Notes: generated by a model from the sequence alone, not told the origin. A stretch of 64,000 bases of DNA from Bacilli bacterium (GCA_017432665.1 JAFRIS010000032.1:11759-75758), one strand, 5' to 3'. Shown: positions 1 through 9,853, counted from the first letter of the stretch. Made by a program: numbers and translations.

Positions 1-1396
1 TGAATGCTGGAGCTTCAATGACGTTAGAAATATCGTTTTCAGTATTCTTTTTAGTTCCATCATCTAGTAAATCATCGCTACTAATTTCAGGAGGTGCTTC
101 TGGAATAGTGTCTTTTATTTCAGTAGCTATCTCATTTTCATAGTTATCATCATCTTCATTTTCAATTTCAATTGTACGATACACTTCTTCAAATGTAGTT
201 TTACCTTCTAAACATTTAATTAAGGCATCTTGTAGCATTGTAATAGTACCACCATCATATACCATTTTAGCCAAATCTTCTTTTTCAAGATTTTCATTAT
301 TAATAGCATTTCTGATTTCATCAGTAAGTTCTAGTACTTCATGAACAGCAATACGTCCATGATAACCACGACGACAATGGTCACAACCATGTGGATTAGC
401 ATCCCATACTGTTGCGACGTCCATATGCATATATTTCTTAAATACTTTTTTCTCGTATTTAGTTGTTTCTCTTTGATATCTACAATCAGGACATAGCATT
501 TTTGCAAGTCTTTGAGAAATGATTCCTGATAGGGCAGTAGATAATAAGTAACGTTCAACATCCATATCTAGTAAACGTTCAACGGTAGCTAAAGCATTGT
601 TAGTATGGATTGTAGATAAAACTAAGTGTCCAGTAATAGACGCACGTACGGCTATTTGTGCAGTTTCAGCATCACGAATCTCTCCGATAAGAATAACGTT
701 CGGGTCTTGACGTAGGATAGAACGAAGTGCTGCAGCAAAGGTCATACCTATTTCAGCATTTACTTGAACTTGGTTAATACCTTCAATATTCATTTCTATC
801 GGATCCTCAACAGTAATAACATTAGTCTCGGGTTTATTTAATCCTTGTAGAATTGAATATGTTGTTGTAGATTTACCGGAACCAGTAGCTCCAGTAGTTA
901 GGATAATTCCGTTTGGAAGGCCCATCATTCTTTTTATTTTCTCAAGGTTTTTAGGATGGAATCCTAAACTATCAATACCTTGTAAACTACGAGTATAATC
1001 TAAGATACGAATAACTATTTTCTCACCTTGATTAAGTGGTAATGCAGACACACGCATATCAAGATATGTATCACCAAACATACCCTTAATCGCACCATCT
1101 TGTGGTAAACGAGATTCAGTAATATTCATATTTGCTAATAATTTTAGTCTTGTCGTTAAATTTCTTTCATAAGCTTTAGGAACGAATGTATAATCTTGAC
1201 AGTCACCATCAATTCTGAATCTTACCATCATTCCTTCTTCACGAGGATCGAAATGGATATCGGAAGCATTGTGTTTAGATGCAGAAATAATAATGTAGTC
1301 GGCTATTTGAGTAACGGGAGTCTTCGCAAAATCAAAAGACACCATGAAACTCTCGGTTCCTTTTTGGACACGTTTGACATCAAATTGAACCATCAT
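1..1396 (-). CDS. Type II/IV secretion-family ATPase (PilB/GspE/ComGA-like); 3' end runs off the window
   Basis: Absent from the ORF track because there is no stop in the window. My minus-strand translation from ATGATG at 1396 gives MMVQFDVKRV.... Motifs: Walker A GATGSGKST, VEDPIE, Asp box/Walker B ILIGEIRD, His box TGHLVLSTIHTN, tetracysteine CPDC..CDHC. AAGGGG SD lies 5-6 nt upstream. Confidence 0.9.
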   Translation of the reverse strand, partial: MMVQFDVKRVQKGTESFMVSFDFAKTPVTQIADYIIISASKHNASDIHFDPREEGMMVRFRIDGDCQDYTFVPKAYERNLTTRLKLLANMNITESRLPQDGAIKGMFGDTYLDMRVSALPLNQGEKIVIRILDYTRSLQGIDSLGFHPKNLEKIKRMMGLPNGIILTTGATGSGKSTTTYSILQGLNKPETNVITVEDPIEMNIEGINQVQVNAEIGMTFAAALRSILRQDPNVILIGEIRDAETAQIAVRASITGHLVLSTIHTNNALATVERLLDMDVERYLLSTALSGIISQRLAKMLCPDCRYQRETTKYEKKVFKKYMHMDVATVWDANPHGCDHCRRGYHGRIAVHEVLELTDEIRNAINNENLEKEDLAKMVYDGGTITMLQDALIKCLEGKTTFEEVYRTIEIENEDDDNYENEIATEIKDTIPEAPPEISSDDLLDDGTKKNTENDISNVIEAPAF

Positions 1397-1487
1397 TTCA
1401 ACCCCTTTGTCTACTTTCTATGGTATTTTATTCATAATTATTATATAATGAATTTAAGAGAATATCAAGGAAAGAGAGAAAGAAAAT

Positions 1488-2219
1488 ATGAAAAAAAATA
1501 ACAATAAAGGTTTTGTTCTTGCAGAAACCTTAGTAGTAACTGTATTTTTAATGACGATTTTCTCAATGATATATTACTATTTCTATCCTTTGATGGGTGA
1601 ATATGAGAAAAGAGAAGTATATGATGATGTTGACGACAAGTACTCAGTATTTTGGATAAAAAGAATTATTGAAGACTCAGAATATTCAATTACAGCTGGA
1701 AGTGCTAAAGCAAATAATTTCCAAAAATATGGTTATTTCCGATTCGAATGTAAAGATGTTCCACCAGCAGATGAAAAGCGTCAAATGTGCAAAACGCTTG
1801 TCAATGCTTTACAAGTAGAAGGCTGTTCAACAGGTGGTAATAATTGTAATATTTTTATTACTGCTTATCAACTTGGAGGAACCACTATGCCAAAGCCTAC
1901 AATGAAGAAATTTAAGGATATGGCGACTAATGCGACTAATCCAATTATGCGTTGGCAAGAAGACTGTGATAAGTCGGAAGACGAGTGTAAACAAGATTTT
2001 CTAACATATTGTGGAAACGAAGGGTTTGACAGCGATTACTGTGCAGAAGCTGTAAATAAAAAGGTGTTTAATGATGGTTTTCAAGACTATATTGAATTAC
2101 TTCCTGATTATCGATTTGCTTCGAAAAATGGTGCTAAATATCGAATAATTGTTAGTTTTCAGCATCTTGTTGATAATAATAACTATTATTCATATGCCAA
2201 CATAGAGGTAGGTGGATAA
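1488..2219 (+). CDS. Type IV pilin-like protein (prepilin-type class III signal), Cys-rich
   Basis: N-terminus MKKNNNKG|FVLAETLVV: short basic leader, Gly at -1, Glu at +5, hydrophobic helix. 10 Cys in the globular part. Confidence 0.7.
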   Translation: MKKNNNKGFVLAETLVVTVFLMTIFSMIYYYFYPLMGEYEKREVYDDVDDKYSVFWIKRIIEDSEYSITAGSAKANNFQKYGYFRFECKDVPPADEKRQMCKTLVNALQVEGCSTGGNNCNIFITAYQLGGTTMPKPTMKKFKDMATNATNPIMRWQEDCDKSEDECKQDFLTYCGNEGFDSDYCAEAVNKKVFNDGFQDYIELLPDYRFASKNGAKYRIIVSFQHLVDNNNYYSYANIEVGG

Positions 2220-2221
2220 AC

Positions 2222-2851
2222 ATGAGAAAACTAAATAATAAAGGTATGACTACTGTCGAAGTAATTGTTTGTTTTATCTTAGTAGTTACAATAGCCACAT
2301 CTATGTATTCCACAGTGGCATCATTTAATCAAAAAAGAATAATTGAACAGAATAAAGAAGAAATATATACATATAAAAACTTATTAACAAAAGAAGTTCA
2401 AGATGATTTTATTAAAATCGGTATAACTAGTGCATCTTATGGAAGACAAGTATCACAAGGTGGAGCTAGAATAGAACACACTCTTAACTGTGCTATGAGA
2501 GATGGTACTAAGAGACGATTAGTTATAATTCAACAATTTACTAAGTCTCAGTATCATACATCTGGTTCAGAGTCAGTAGATGACTATTATATGATTAAGT
2601 ATGGTCCTCCTACTGATATGATTGATTATCCAATCCCTGAATTAGGTACTACAGAACTACCATCGGGTAAAAAAGCTAAAGATTTTAGTATTAATAATGT
2701 TTGGATAAGTATTTCCGATGATAATGTTTTAAACATTTATATAGGTTTCTATCATCCAGAATTAACTACTAGATATGGTGTTCAAATAATTGCTCCAATT
2801 AACTATATTACATCTAGTAGAGATACTGGAGATCGTTTCCATTTGTATTAA
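2222..2851 (+). CDS. Type IV pilin-like protein (prepilin-type signal)
   Basis: N-terminus MRKLNNKG|MTTVEVIVCFILVV (Gly -1, Glu +5). 2-nt gap to the upstream pilin gene. Confidence 0.65.
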   Translation: MRKLNNKGMTTVEVIVCFILVVTIATSMYSTVASFNQKRIIEQNKEEIYTYKNLLTKEVQDDFIKIGITSASYGRQVSQGGARIEHTLNCAMRDGTKRRLVIIQQFTKSQYHTSGSESVDDYYMIKYGPPTDMIDYPIPELGTTELPSGKKAKDFSINNVWISISDDNVLNIYIGFYHPELTTRYGVQIIAPINYITSSRDTGDRFHLY

Positions 2852-2875
2852 AAGATTCCTATGAATCTTTTTTTT
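2852..2875 (+). terminator. Intrinsic terminator after the pilin pair
   Basis: AAGATTC-ctat-GAATCTT followed by a T run. Confidence 0.7.
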
Positions 2876-2953
2876 GTGACAAGTAACTGATATTTTTAGT
2901 CTTTTTTTATATATTTTGGTTATTATTTGATATAATTAAGTTAAGGTGATAGA

Positions 2954-3970
2954 ATGTTCAAAAAAATTATGACTGTTATTAAAGATGCTATCAAAGAAGA
3001 ATATAAATTTATTATTGCCTTAATTGTTATATATGGTATATTACAAATTCCTTTAAACTACTATATTATAGTAGGAGGAGGAATAGATGATGTGGCAAGC
3101 AGAATTAATGTAGAAAACAAACATAAAAGTAAAGGTAGTTTCAACATTAGCTATGTAACTGAATTAAAAGGCAACTTATTAACATATGGACTAAGTTATA
3201 TAATTCCTACTTGGGATAGAGAAAGCGCAGATGATTATAAATATAATACTAATGAAAGTATCGATGATATTGAATTTAGGAGTGATTTATATTTAACAGA
3301 TGCTAATGAAGTAGCTAAATACTGGGCTTATACTTTAGCTAATAAAGAAGTAAAAGAAAAAGATTCCAAGTTATACATAATTACAGTCTTTGATGAAGCA
3401 GATGGGAGTTTAAAAGTACAAGATCAAGTCTTAAGTATGGATAATAATACATATAAAACAGTTGATGAGTATCGAGATTATCTTCAAACTAAGAATGAAA
3501 AGGATACTGTTGAAGTAAAAATACTTAGAAATAATAAGGAAAAAACCGTTAAGACTAAATTAACTAAAGTCGATGATAGAATAGTTCTAGGAGTAGGATT
3601 AAAATATGTTACTGAATATAAAACTGATCCTAATGTAAGTATAAAGTTTAAAAAATCTGAATCAGGTTCTTCTGGGGGGTTAATTACTACATTAGAAATT
3701 TATAATCAATTAACAAAAAAAGACTTAACAAAAGGTTATAAAATTGCTGGAACTGGTGCTATAGAACCAGATGGAACAATAGGAGAAATAGGTGGAGTAG
3801 AATATAAAATACTAGGTGCATCTAAAGATAAAGCAGACTATTTCTTAGTACCAGCAGGAGATAATTATAAAGCTGCAGTAAAATACAAGAAAGATAAACA
3901 TTTAAATATAAAACTAATTAAAGTAAAAAGCATTAATGATGCTATTACTAAACTGGAGAGTTTAAAATGA
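2954..3970 (+). CDS. YlbL/SepM-like membrane-anchored PDZ + Lon-type (S16) serine protease
   Basis: N-terminal TM segment. C-terminal SGSSGGLITTLEIYNQLTKKDLTKGYKIAGTGAIEPDGTIGEIGGVEYKILGA matches the YlbL Lon-protease-like signature. Confidence 0.8.
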   Translation: MFKKIMTVIKDAIKEEYKFIIALIVIYGILQIPLNYYIIVGGGIDDVASRINVENKHKSKGSFNISYVTELKGNLLTYGLSYIIPTWDRESADDYKYNTNESIDDIEFRSDLYLTDANEVAKYWAYTLANKEVKEKDSKLYIITVFDEADGSLKVQDQVLSMDNNTYKTVDEYRDYLQTKNEKDTVEVKILRNNKEKTVKTKLTKVDDRIVLGVGLKYVTEYKTDPNVSIKFKKSESGSSGGLITTLEIYNQLTKKDLTKGYKIAGTGAIEPDGTIGEIGGVEYKILGASKDKADYFLVPAGDNYKAAVKYKKDKHLNIKLIKVKSINDAITKLESLK

Positions 3971-4506
3971 GAATAGGTATAGATTTAGATGAAACAATTT
4001 GTAATACATCAAAGATTATCAATGAATATATTAATGAATATGCTACAGAAGAAAAGATAGACCCAAATCAAGTAATGCTTACTAAAAGAGATGATTTCTT
4101 TAACAAGTATACTATTGATATATTTGAAAATGTAGAAATAAAACCATATGTGAGCGAAGTATTAAATAGACTAAAAGATTCGGGACATGTGTTATATGCA
4201 ATTACTGCTCGTAGTGGTGAACTTACATCTAAACAAATGAATATAGTAGAACCTACTACTAATTGGTTTGAGAAACATAATATTAAAATAGATAAGTTAA
4301 TTACTAATTCTTATCATGAAGAAAAAGCAGAAGCTTGTCTTAAAAATAAAATAGATATTATGATTGATGATGATATTAATAATTGTCAAGAATTAGAAAA
4401 GGTAGGAATAAAATATATTTTGTTTGATGATAAAAATAAATATAATATAGAAAACAAAGTAACTAATTGGTTAGATGTTGAAAAGATTATTGAAAGGAAT
4501 GAGTAA
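3967..4506 (+). CDS. HAD-superfamily phosphatase (5'-nucleotidase NT5C-like)
   Basis: Motif I IDLDETICNT (DxDxT) and motif IV IMIDDD. ATGA overlap with the upstream gene. Confidence 0.6.
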   Translation: MRIGIDLDETICNTSKIINEYINEYATEEKIDPNQVMLTKRDDFFNKYTIDIFENVEIKPYVSEVLNRLKDSGHVLYAITARSGELTSKQMNIVEPTTNWFEKHNIKIDKLITNSYHEEKAEACLKNKIDIMIDDDINNCQELEKVGIKYILFDDKNKYNIENKVTNWLDVEKIIERNE

Positions 4507-5284
4507 AATGAAAAAAATATTTTATCTAATAATAGTATTAGTAGGTTTGGTAACAGTTAATGTAAAAGCTGCGAATTATGAATTTAATGAATTAATTCCA
4601 GCTAACATTAAAAATACTTTAGTAACCAATAATTTTAGTTATCGTAAATTTTATTATGATGGTGATGGAAAAGTAGTATTTGGTAGTATTAAAAATCTTT
4701 CTGATAAAGAATTACCAATTTCTATTTCAATAGCTTTTTTTGATGAAAACAGAAAAAATATGGGAATTATGAATTTTTGTTCTAAAGATGATATGATAAA
4801 GTCTAAAGAAGAAATAGAATATACTATTAATGTTACTAGTAGTGAAATAGCTAAAGGTATGAGTGTTAAAGGTATTAAGTATATTGCTATCATAACTGAT
4901 AATATTAACTGTAATACTGAAAGATCTTTTGATTATGTAGGACATCCAGTTGAAGATATTGGATTACCTAAAAACAATACTATTGATCGTGATAGTCAGT
5001 ATTTATTAAATATTATGACAGTAGTAGGAGCAGTGCTATTAATACTATTCTTATATAGATACTTATTCACAACTGCATATCAAAATATGGATGGTTCTGA
5101 AACAAGAGCTGGATTTAGAAAATATAATAAGGATTTGAAAAAAGAAAGAGAAGAAGAATTAAAAAGAAATCCTCCTAAGCCAAAAGAAAAAGTAAAAGTA
5201 AAAACAGATAAGGTAATTGCTCAAGAAGAAGCTGCTTCAAAAGAAGATAAATCAGGTACAGACTTACATAATTTATATAAATAG
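4499..5284 (+). CDS. Secreted/single-pass membrane protein with a K/E-rich cytoplasmic tail, unknown function
   Basis: Signal-like MSKMKKIFYLIIVLVGLVTVNVKA, second TM VVGAVLLILFLYRYLF, charged tail. I prefer the start at 4499/4508 (AAAGGA SD) over the track start at 4475. Confidence 0.5.
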   Translation: MSKMKKIFYLIIVLVGLVTVNVKAANYEFNELIPANIKNTLVTNNFSYRKFYYDGDGKVVFGSIKNLSDKELPISISIAFFDENRKNMGIMNFCSKDDMIKSKEEIEYTINVTSSEIAKGMSVKGIKYIAIITDNINCNTERSFDYVGHPVEDIGLPKNNTIDRDSQYLLNIMTVVGAVLLILFLYRYLFTTAYQNMDGSETRAGFRKYNKDLKKEREEELKRNPPKPKEKVKVKTDKVIAQEEAASKEDKSGTDLHNLYK

Positions 5285-5292
5285 AGGTTTAT

Positions 5293-5763
5293 ATGCAAGA
5301 AGTAATTAGACTGTTAAAAGAAAAGAATTTATATATTTCAACAATGGAATCTTGTACTGGTGGAGGAGTAGTAAATGCTTTAACTAATGTTGAAGGAGCT
5401 AGTGAAGTATTAAAATATAGTGCGGTTACTTATTCCAATGAATTTAAAATTAAAATGGGAGTAAGTGAAGATATTATTAATAAGTATAGTGTTTATAGTA
5501 TAGAGACTGCTAAAGAGATGGCTAAAAGTATTGTTAACTTTACTAATAGTGATTTAGGAGTAGGTATAACTGGTAAATTAAATAGAGTAGATAATAATAA
5601 TTTAGTTGGAGACAATAATAGAGTTTTTATAAGTATTTATGATAAAAATAATGATAATTATTACAATAAAGAAGTAGTAGTTGATAAGAATACTAGAAGT
5701 GAAAATAAATTATTAATAATAGATATTATAAAAGATATGTTATTAGAAATATTAAGTAGATAA
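5293..5763 (+). CDS. CinA C-terminal domain protein (PncC-like nicotinamide-nucleotide amidohydrolase)
   Basis: TMESCTGGGVVNALTNVEGASEVLKYSAVTYSNEFKIKMGV and GVGITG match the CinA-C signature. Confidence 0.85.
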   Translation: MQEVIRLLKEKNLYISTMESCTGGGVVNALTNVEGASEVLKYSAVTYSNEFKIKMGVSEDIINKYSVYSIETAKEMAKSIVNFTNSDLGVGITGKLNRVDNNNLVGDNNRVFISIYDKNNDNYYNKEVVVDKNTRSENKLLIIDIIKDMLLEILSR

Positions 5764-5780
5764 TTAGTATCTACTTTTTT
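5755..5780 (+). terminator. Intrinsic terminator overlapping the stop codon
   Basis: AGTAGATA-attag-TATCTACT plus T run. Confidence 0.7.
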
Positions 5781-5809
5781 TATGTTATGTTATAATTAAA
5801 ATATGAGGT

Positions 5810-6325
5810 ATGGTTATGAACAAAGGGTATAAGGCTTTTTATGGTAATATGGAAAATCGTTATGGTATGGCCTTTGAAGAAGGAAAAACTTATAGTATAG
5901 AAGGTCCTTTAAAATTTGGTGTTAATGGCAATGGTTTTCATTATGCAAAAAGATTAGAAGATACATTACGATATTTTCCAGCTATGGAAGAAGAAGTGAG
6001 TATTGCTGAAGTAACTAGCTTAGGAGAACAAGTAGAATATAATGATGACTATTATGGTTATTATGACTTGTTTGCTGCTAGAACTATTAGAATAGATAAA
6101 TTTTTAACAAGAGAAGAAATTGTTGATATGTATTTAGTAATGGATAATGATGATCGAATAATAAGATTTATTTCTGGCTTTAAACTAACTCCAGATGAAA
6201 TAGAATTATTTAAATTAAGATATGGTGATAGATTAAGAGTAATGCAAGCTATTAGTTATTATCAAGAAAACGAAAAAGATGTCTATAATAATCAAAAAGT
6301 AAAAAAGAAAAGGTTTGATAAATAA
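5810..6325 (+). CDS. Conserved-looking hypothetical protein
   Basis: Clean ORF with its own TGtTATAAT promoter. The N-terminal KGYKAF...GFHYAKRLEDTLRYF pattern resembles an uncharacterised family I cannot name. Confidence 0.5.
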   Translation: MVMNKGYKAFYGNMENRYGMAFEEGKTYSIEGPLKFGVNGNGFHYAKRLEDTLRYFPAMEEEVSIAEVTSLGEQVEYNDDYYGYYDLFAARTIRIDKFLTREEIVDMYLVMDNDDRIIRFISGFKLTPDEIELFKLRYGDRLRVMQAISYYQENEKDVYNNQKVKKKRFDK

Positions 6326-6903
6326 TGTATAAAGATAAATTGTTTTATAAGATAATAAAACCAATCATAAAATTATTAATAAAAATATTTTATCCTTCTC
6401 AAGCACTAGGTCTAAATAACATACCCAAAACAGGACGTATACTACTCGCAGGAAATCATAAAGCATGGCTAGATCCTGTGATGCTGGTTGGTACTGTTAA
6501 TCGTCAAGTTCATTTTTTAGCTAAAGAAGAATTATTTCATGGCTTAACTAAGTTTATTGTTAAAGGAATGGGCTGTGTTCCTGTTAATCGTAAAATACAT
6601 GATCATGATGCACTACAAGGAGCAATAGATTATTTGAATAATGATTTATGCGTTGGAATTTTCCCAGAAGGAACATATAATACTACAAAAGTTCCTGTTT
6701 TACCTTTTAAAATAGGTGCGGTTAAAGCTTGTAGTGAAACTAATACTAAGTTAGTGCCTTTTGTCATAACAGGAGAGTACAAAATATTTAGAAAGAATGT
6801 AAAAATAGAATTTTTAGAGCCAATTACTGTTTCTAACAACTTAGATAAATCTAATGAAGAATTAATGAATATAATTAGTAATAAGCTAAAAGGAGGTAAA
6901 TAA
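6325..6903 (+). CDS. 1-acyl-sn-glycerol-3-phosphate acyltransferase family (PlsC-like)
   Basis: Motif I GNHKAWLD (NHx4D), motif III FPEGT, motif IV LPFKIGAV. Confidence 0.8.
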   Translation: MYKDKLFYKIIKPIIKLLIKIFYPSQALGLNNIPKTGRILLAGNHKAWLDPVMLVGTVNRQVHFLAKEELFHGLTKFIVKGMGCVPVNRKIHDHDALQGAIDYLNNDLCVGIFPEGTYNTTKVPVLPFKIGAVKACSETNTKLVPFVITGEYKIFRKNVKIEFLEPITVSNNLDKSNEELMNIISNKLKGGK

Positions 6904-7755
6904 ATGGATCATCATACTAATGAAAATATGCCTGTTTATAAAATAGGTAAACCGATTTTAGGATTCATTTATAAATTATGGTATAATCCCAAAATTATTG
7001 GTAAAGAAAATATCCCTAGTAAGGGACAATTTTTAATAGTTGGGAATCATGTCCATTTAATGGACCAATGTAATGTTATTCTAGCTACTAAAAGACATAT
7101 TCACTATTTGGCAAAAATGGAATATTTTGATCCTAATTCAAGTGTTGGTAAATTTGCTTGGTTTTTTAGAGGATCCGGATGTATACCAGTAGATAGAAGT
7201 ACTAAAGATACTGAAGCTACTTCAATGGCTTTAGAAGTATTAAAAAGTGGTCATGTTTTAGGGTTGTTCCCAGAAGGAACTAGAAATTCTTTAAAAGATG
7301 AAAGGATAAAAGAATTATATGAAAGATTCGGGCCAGAGAATATGTCTTATACTGAATTCTATAAAAGAATTAAAAAACAAAAAACAACATTTGTTGATTA
7401 TTTAGTAGAATTATATGATATGAAATTTATTACACAAGATGAATTTGATGATAATTTATTTAATGTTGAAGAATTCTTGGATGACTTACTATTAAACCAT
7501 AGAATAACTCTAGATGAATATGTAGATCATTACTTATTACCATTAAAATTTGGCGCAGTTTCAATGTCAAATAAAACGGCTAGTCCAATTGTACCTTATG
7601 CAATCACAGGTCATTATAAGTTTAGAAGTAAAGATTTAACAATCAGATTTGGAGAACCATTTGTAGTAGGAAATGACTTAGAAAGGGCTAATTTAGAACT
7701 GGCTGAGAGAATTAAAAATTTAGTAAAAGAAAGTCTAAAAAATAGTGGTAAATAG
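6904..7755 (+). CDS. PlsC-like acyltransferase paralog with a large internal insertion
   Basis: GNHVHLMD, FPEGTRN, PLKFGAV. About 80 extra residues lie between motifs III and IV compared with the neighbouring paralog. Confidence 0.75.
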   Translation: MDHHTNENMPVYKIGKPILGFIYKLWYNPKIIGKENIPSKGQFLIVGNHVHLMDQCNVILATKRHIHYLAKMEYFDPNSSVGKFAWFFRGSGCIPVDRSTKDTEATSMALEVLKSGHVLGLFPEGTRNSLKDERIKELYERFGPENMSYTEFYKRIKKQKTTFVDYLVELYDMKFITQDEFDDNLFNVEEFLDDLLLNHRITLDEYVDHYLLPLKFGAVSMSNKTASPIVPYAITGHYKFRSKDLTIRFGEPFVVGNDLERANLELAERIKNLVKESLKNSGK

Positions 7756-7766
7756 TGTCAAATAAA

Positions 7767-7796
7767 GGAACTAAATAAATATTAGTTCTTTTTTTA
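7767..7796 (+). terminator. Intrinsic terminator
   Basis: GAACTAA-ataaata-TTAGTTC plus T run. Confidence 0.7.
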
Positions 7797-7820
7797 TGAT
7801 ATTATTAAAATGGTGATAGT

Positions 7821-8624
7821 ATGGGAGAAATTAAGCTATTTAGAAATATAAAAGAATTATTACATCCGTCCATTTCAAAGAAAAATATTAGTAATTATGA
7901 AATTATTATTGATGAAGATATTTTACCGGCGCATATTTATTATCCAAAAAAGATATCTGATTTAAATAGAGTAATTATTTATATTCATGGTAATAGCGAA
8001 ATAACTGGAACAGATTATTCGGAAGTTTATAAATTTTTAAGTAAAGAATTAGACAGTATGTTAATAGCGATTGAATATGAAAACATTAATTATAAAGGAA
8101 TGTATAAAAGTGTTTATGAGACAGTAAAATATTTATACAAAGGATTGGTAAGAAACACAATTAATCCTAGTAAAATAATTTTAATGGGAGATTCAACAGG
8201 ATGTAATATAATTACAGGAATTAATTATTTAAATAAGGATGAATTTGTTGTTGAAAAAGAAATATTATTATATCCGGTATTAAGTATGGAATATGAGAAT
8301 GCTAAATATGAATCAATGGTTAAAAACAAAGATTTTAATCTAGGATTATTAACTAAGTTAAGAAACTATTATGAATCAATTGAATATCAAAATGATAAAT
8401 TATTAAGACCATTAGAATTAAAAGATTATAGTAAAATACCAAGTACATTAGTAATTACTGGTAATGTAGATTCTTTAAAAGATGAAGCAAAAGAATATTA
8501 TGAAAAATTAGTTAACGATAAAGATTATTTAGAATTAGAATTTTCTGCACATGGATTCTTAACTAAATTAGATAAAGATGTTTCTAAAGAAATAATTAAT
8601 AAAATGAAGAAGTTTATGGAATAA
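7821..8624 (+). CDS. Alpha/beta-hydrolase (HSL/fold-3 type esterase-lipase)
   Basis: YIHGNSEITG (degenerate HGGG box), nucleophile elbow GDSTGCN (GDSAG-like), C-terminal HGF. Confidence 0.6.
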   Translation: MGEIKLFRNIKELLHPSISKKNISNYEIIIDEDILPAHIYYPKKISDLNRVIIYIHGNSEITGTDYSEVYKFLSKELDSMLIAIEYENINYKGMYKSVYETVKYLYKGLVRNTINPSKIILMGDSTGCNIITGINYLNKDEFVVEKEILLYPVLSMEYENAKYESMVKNKDFNLGLLTKLRNYYESIEYQNDKLLRPLELKDYSKIPSTLVITGNVDSLKDEAKEYYEKLVNDKDYLELEFSAHGFLTKLDKDVSKEIINKMKKFME

Positions 8625-8668
8625 CTTCTTTTCATGACTAATAATCAAATGATTATATTAGAATAATA

Positions 8669-8693
8669 AAGAACAATTATTTGTTCTTTTTTT
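8669..8693 (+). terminator. Intrinsic terminator
   Basis: AAGAACAA-ttat-TTGTTCTT plus T run. Confidence 0.7.
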
Positions 8694-8726
8694 CTTTGTT
8701 GTGATATAATTTAAATGGTGATACTA

Positions 8727-9251
8727 ATGGAGAATAGAAAGACTAAAAAAGAAATAGTTAAAATGTTATTAAAGAATAATGAGTTGGATTCAAAAGATGA
8801 AGAGGAATTATTAGATTTACTTATTGATCAACCAATCAGTATAGATGTTGATAAGCAAGAAGAATCTAAGATGACATTTGGGGATAGAGTGGCTGATAAG
8901 GTAAGTGAAAGAGCAGGTTCTTGGGGATTTATTTTTGGATTTACTTTATTCTTAATATTTTGGATTGTTTTAAATACCAAGTTATTAGTAGATGGAGAGC
9001 AAATAGATCCGTATCCTTTTATTTTACTTAATCTAGTTTTATCATGTATTGCAGCTTTACAAGCGCCTATTATCATGATGAGCCAAAATAGGCAAGCGGC
9101 AAAAGATAGTTTACGAAATCAAAATGATTATCGTACTGATTTAAAGAGTGAAATAATTTTAGAAGAATTACATGATAAAATGGAAATTATTTTAAAGAAC
9201 CAAAGAAAGATTATGCGTTATTTGGAGGATGATGATGAAGAGAAGAAGTAG
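8727..9251 (+). CDS. DUF1003-family membrane protein
   Basis: FGDRVADKVSERAGSWGFIF...DPYPFILLNLVLSCIAALQAPIIMMSQNRQ matches the DUF1003 signature. I prefer the start at 8727 (GGTGAT SD) over 8715. Confidence 0.8.
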   Translation: MENRKTKKEIVKMLLKNNELDSKDEEELLDLLIDQPISIDVDKQEESKMTFGDRVADKVSERAGSWGFIFGFTLFLIFWIVLNTKLLVDGEQIDPYPFILLNLVLSCIAALQAPIIMMSQNRQAAKDSLRNQNDYRTDLKSEIILEELHDKMEIILKNQRKIMRYLEDDDEEKK

Positions 9252-9762
9252 TCTACTAGTTCTACTATTAGTTTTACTGTTACTAGTTACTGGTTGTGTA
9301 GAAAAAGAAATAGTAGAAACTAATGGAGAAAAAGTAAATGTTGGTAAAATGCAACATAAGCATTGTACTAGATTGGGTAATGCTGACGGAGCAGAAGTTA
9401 ATCTTAACTATGATCTTTATTATACTGATGATATTCTAAATATTTTAAAATCGGAAGAACAAGTTGTTTCTGAAAGCAGTGATATTTTAACAACTTATGA
9501 AGATGCATATAAACAAATTCATAGTAATTATCAAGGATTAGATTATTATGATGCTAATGTAGTTAGAGAGAATAATTCAGTTACTAGTACTATTACTATT
9601 AATTATGATAAAGTTGATATTAATCGATTAATTGCGATTGAAGGAGAAGAAGATAATATCTTTGAAGATGGAAAAGCTAAGGTTGACAAATGGTTAGAGT
9701 TAGCAAAAAAACTAGGGGCAAAATGTACTGATGTTACTGAAGAAGAAAATAGTGAAGCTTAG
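9235..9762 (+). CDS. Lipoprotein (possibly YehR/DUF1307-like)
   Basis: Lipobox LLVTG|C after a hydrophobic leader. GGAGG SD; three in-frame ATGs at 9229-9237. Overlaps the upstream gene. Confidence 0.6.
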   Translation: MKRRSSLLVLLLVLLLLVTGCVEKEIVETNGEKVNVGKMQHKHCTRLGNADGAEVNLNYDLYYTDDILNILKSEEQVVSESSDILTTYEDAYKQIHSNYQGLDYYDANVVRENNSVTSTITINYDKVDINRLIAIEGEEDNIFEDGKAKVDKWLELAKKLGAKCTDVTEEENSEA

Positions 9763-9777
9763 GCTTCACTATCTTAT

Positions 9778-9853
9778 GTTTGGATAGTTTAATTGGATAA
9801 AATATTTCCCTCCGACGGAGATGATGGAGGTTCGATTCCTCTTCCAAACACCA
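9778..9853 (+). tRNA. tRNA-Arg (anticodon CCG)
   Basis: Hand-folded cloverleaf. Acceptor GTTTGGA/TCCAAAC, anticodon arm TTTCC-CTCCGAC-GGAGA, T arm GGAGG-TTCGATT-CCTCT, encoded CCA. Confidence 0.85.
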
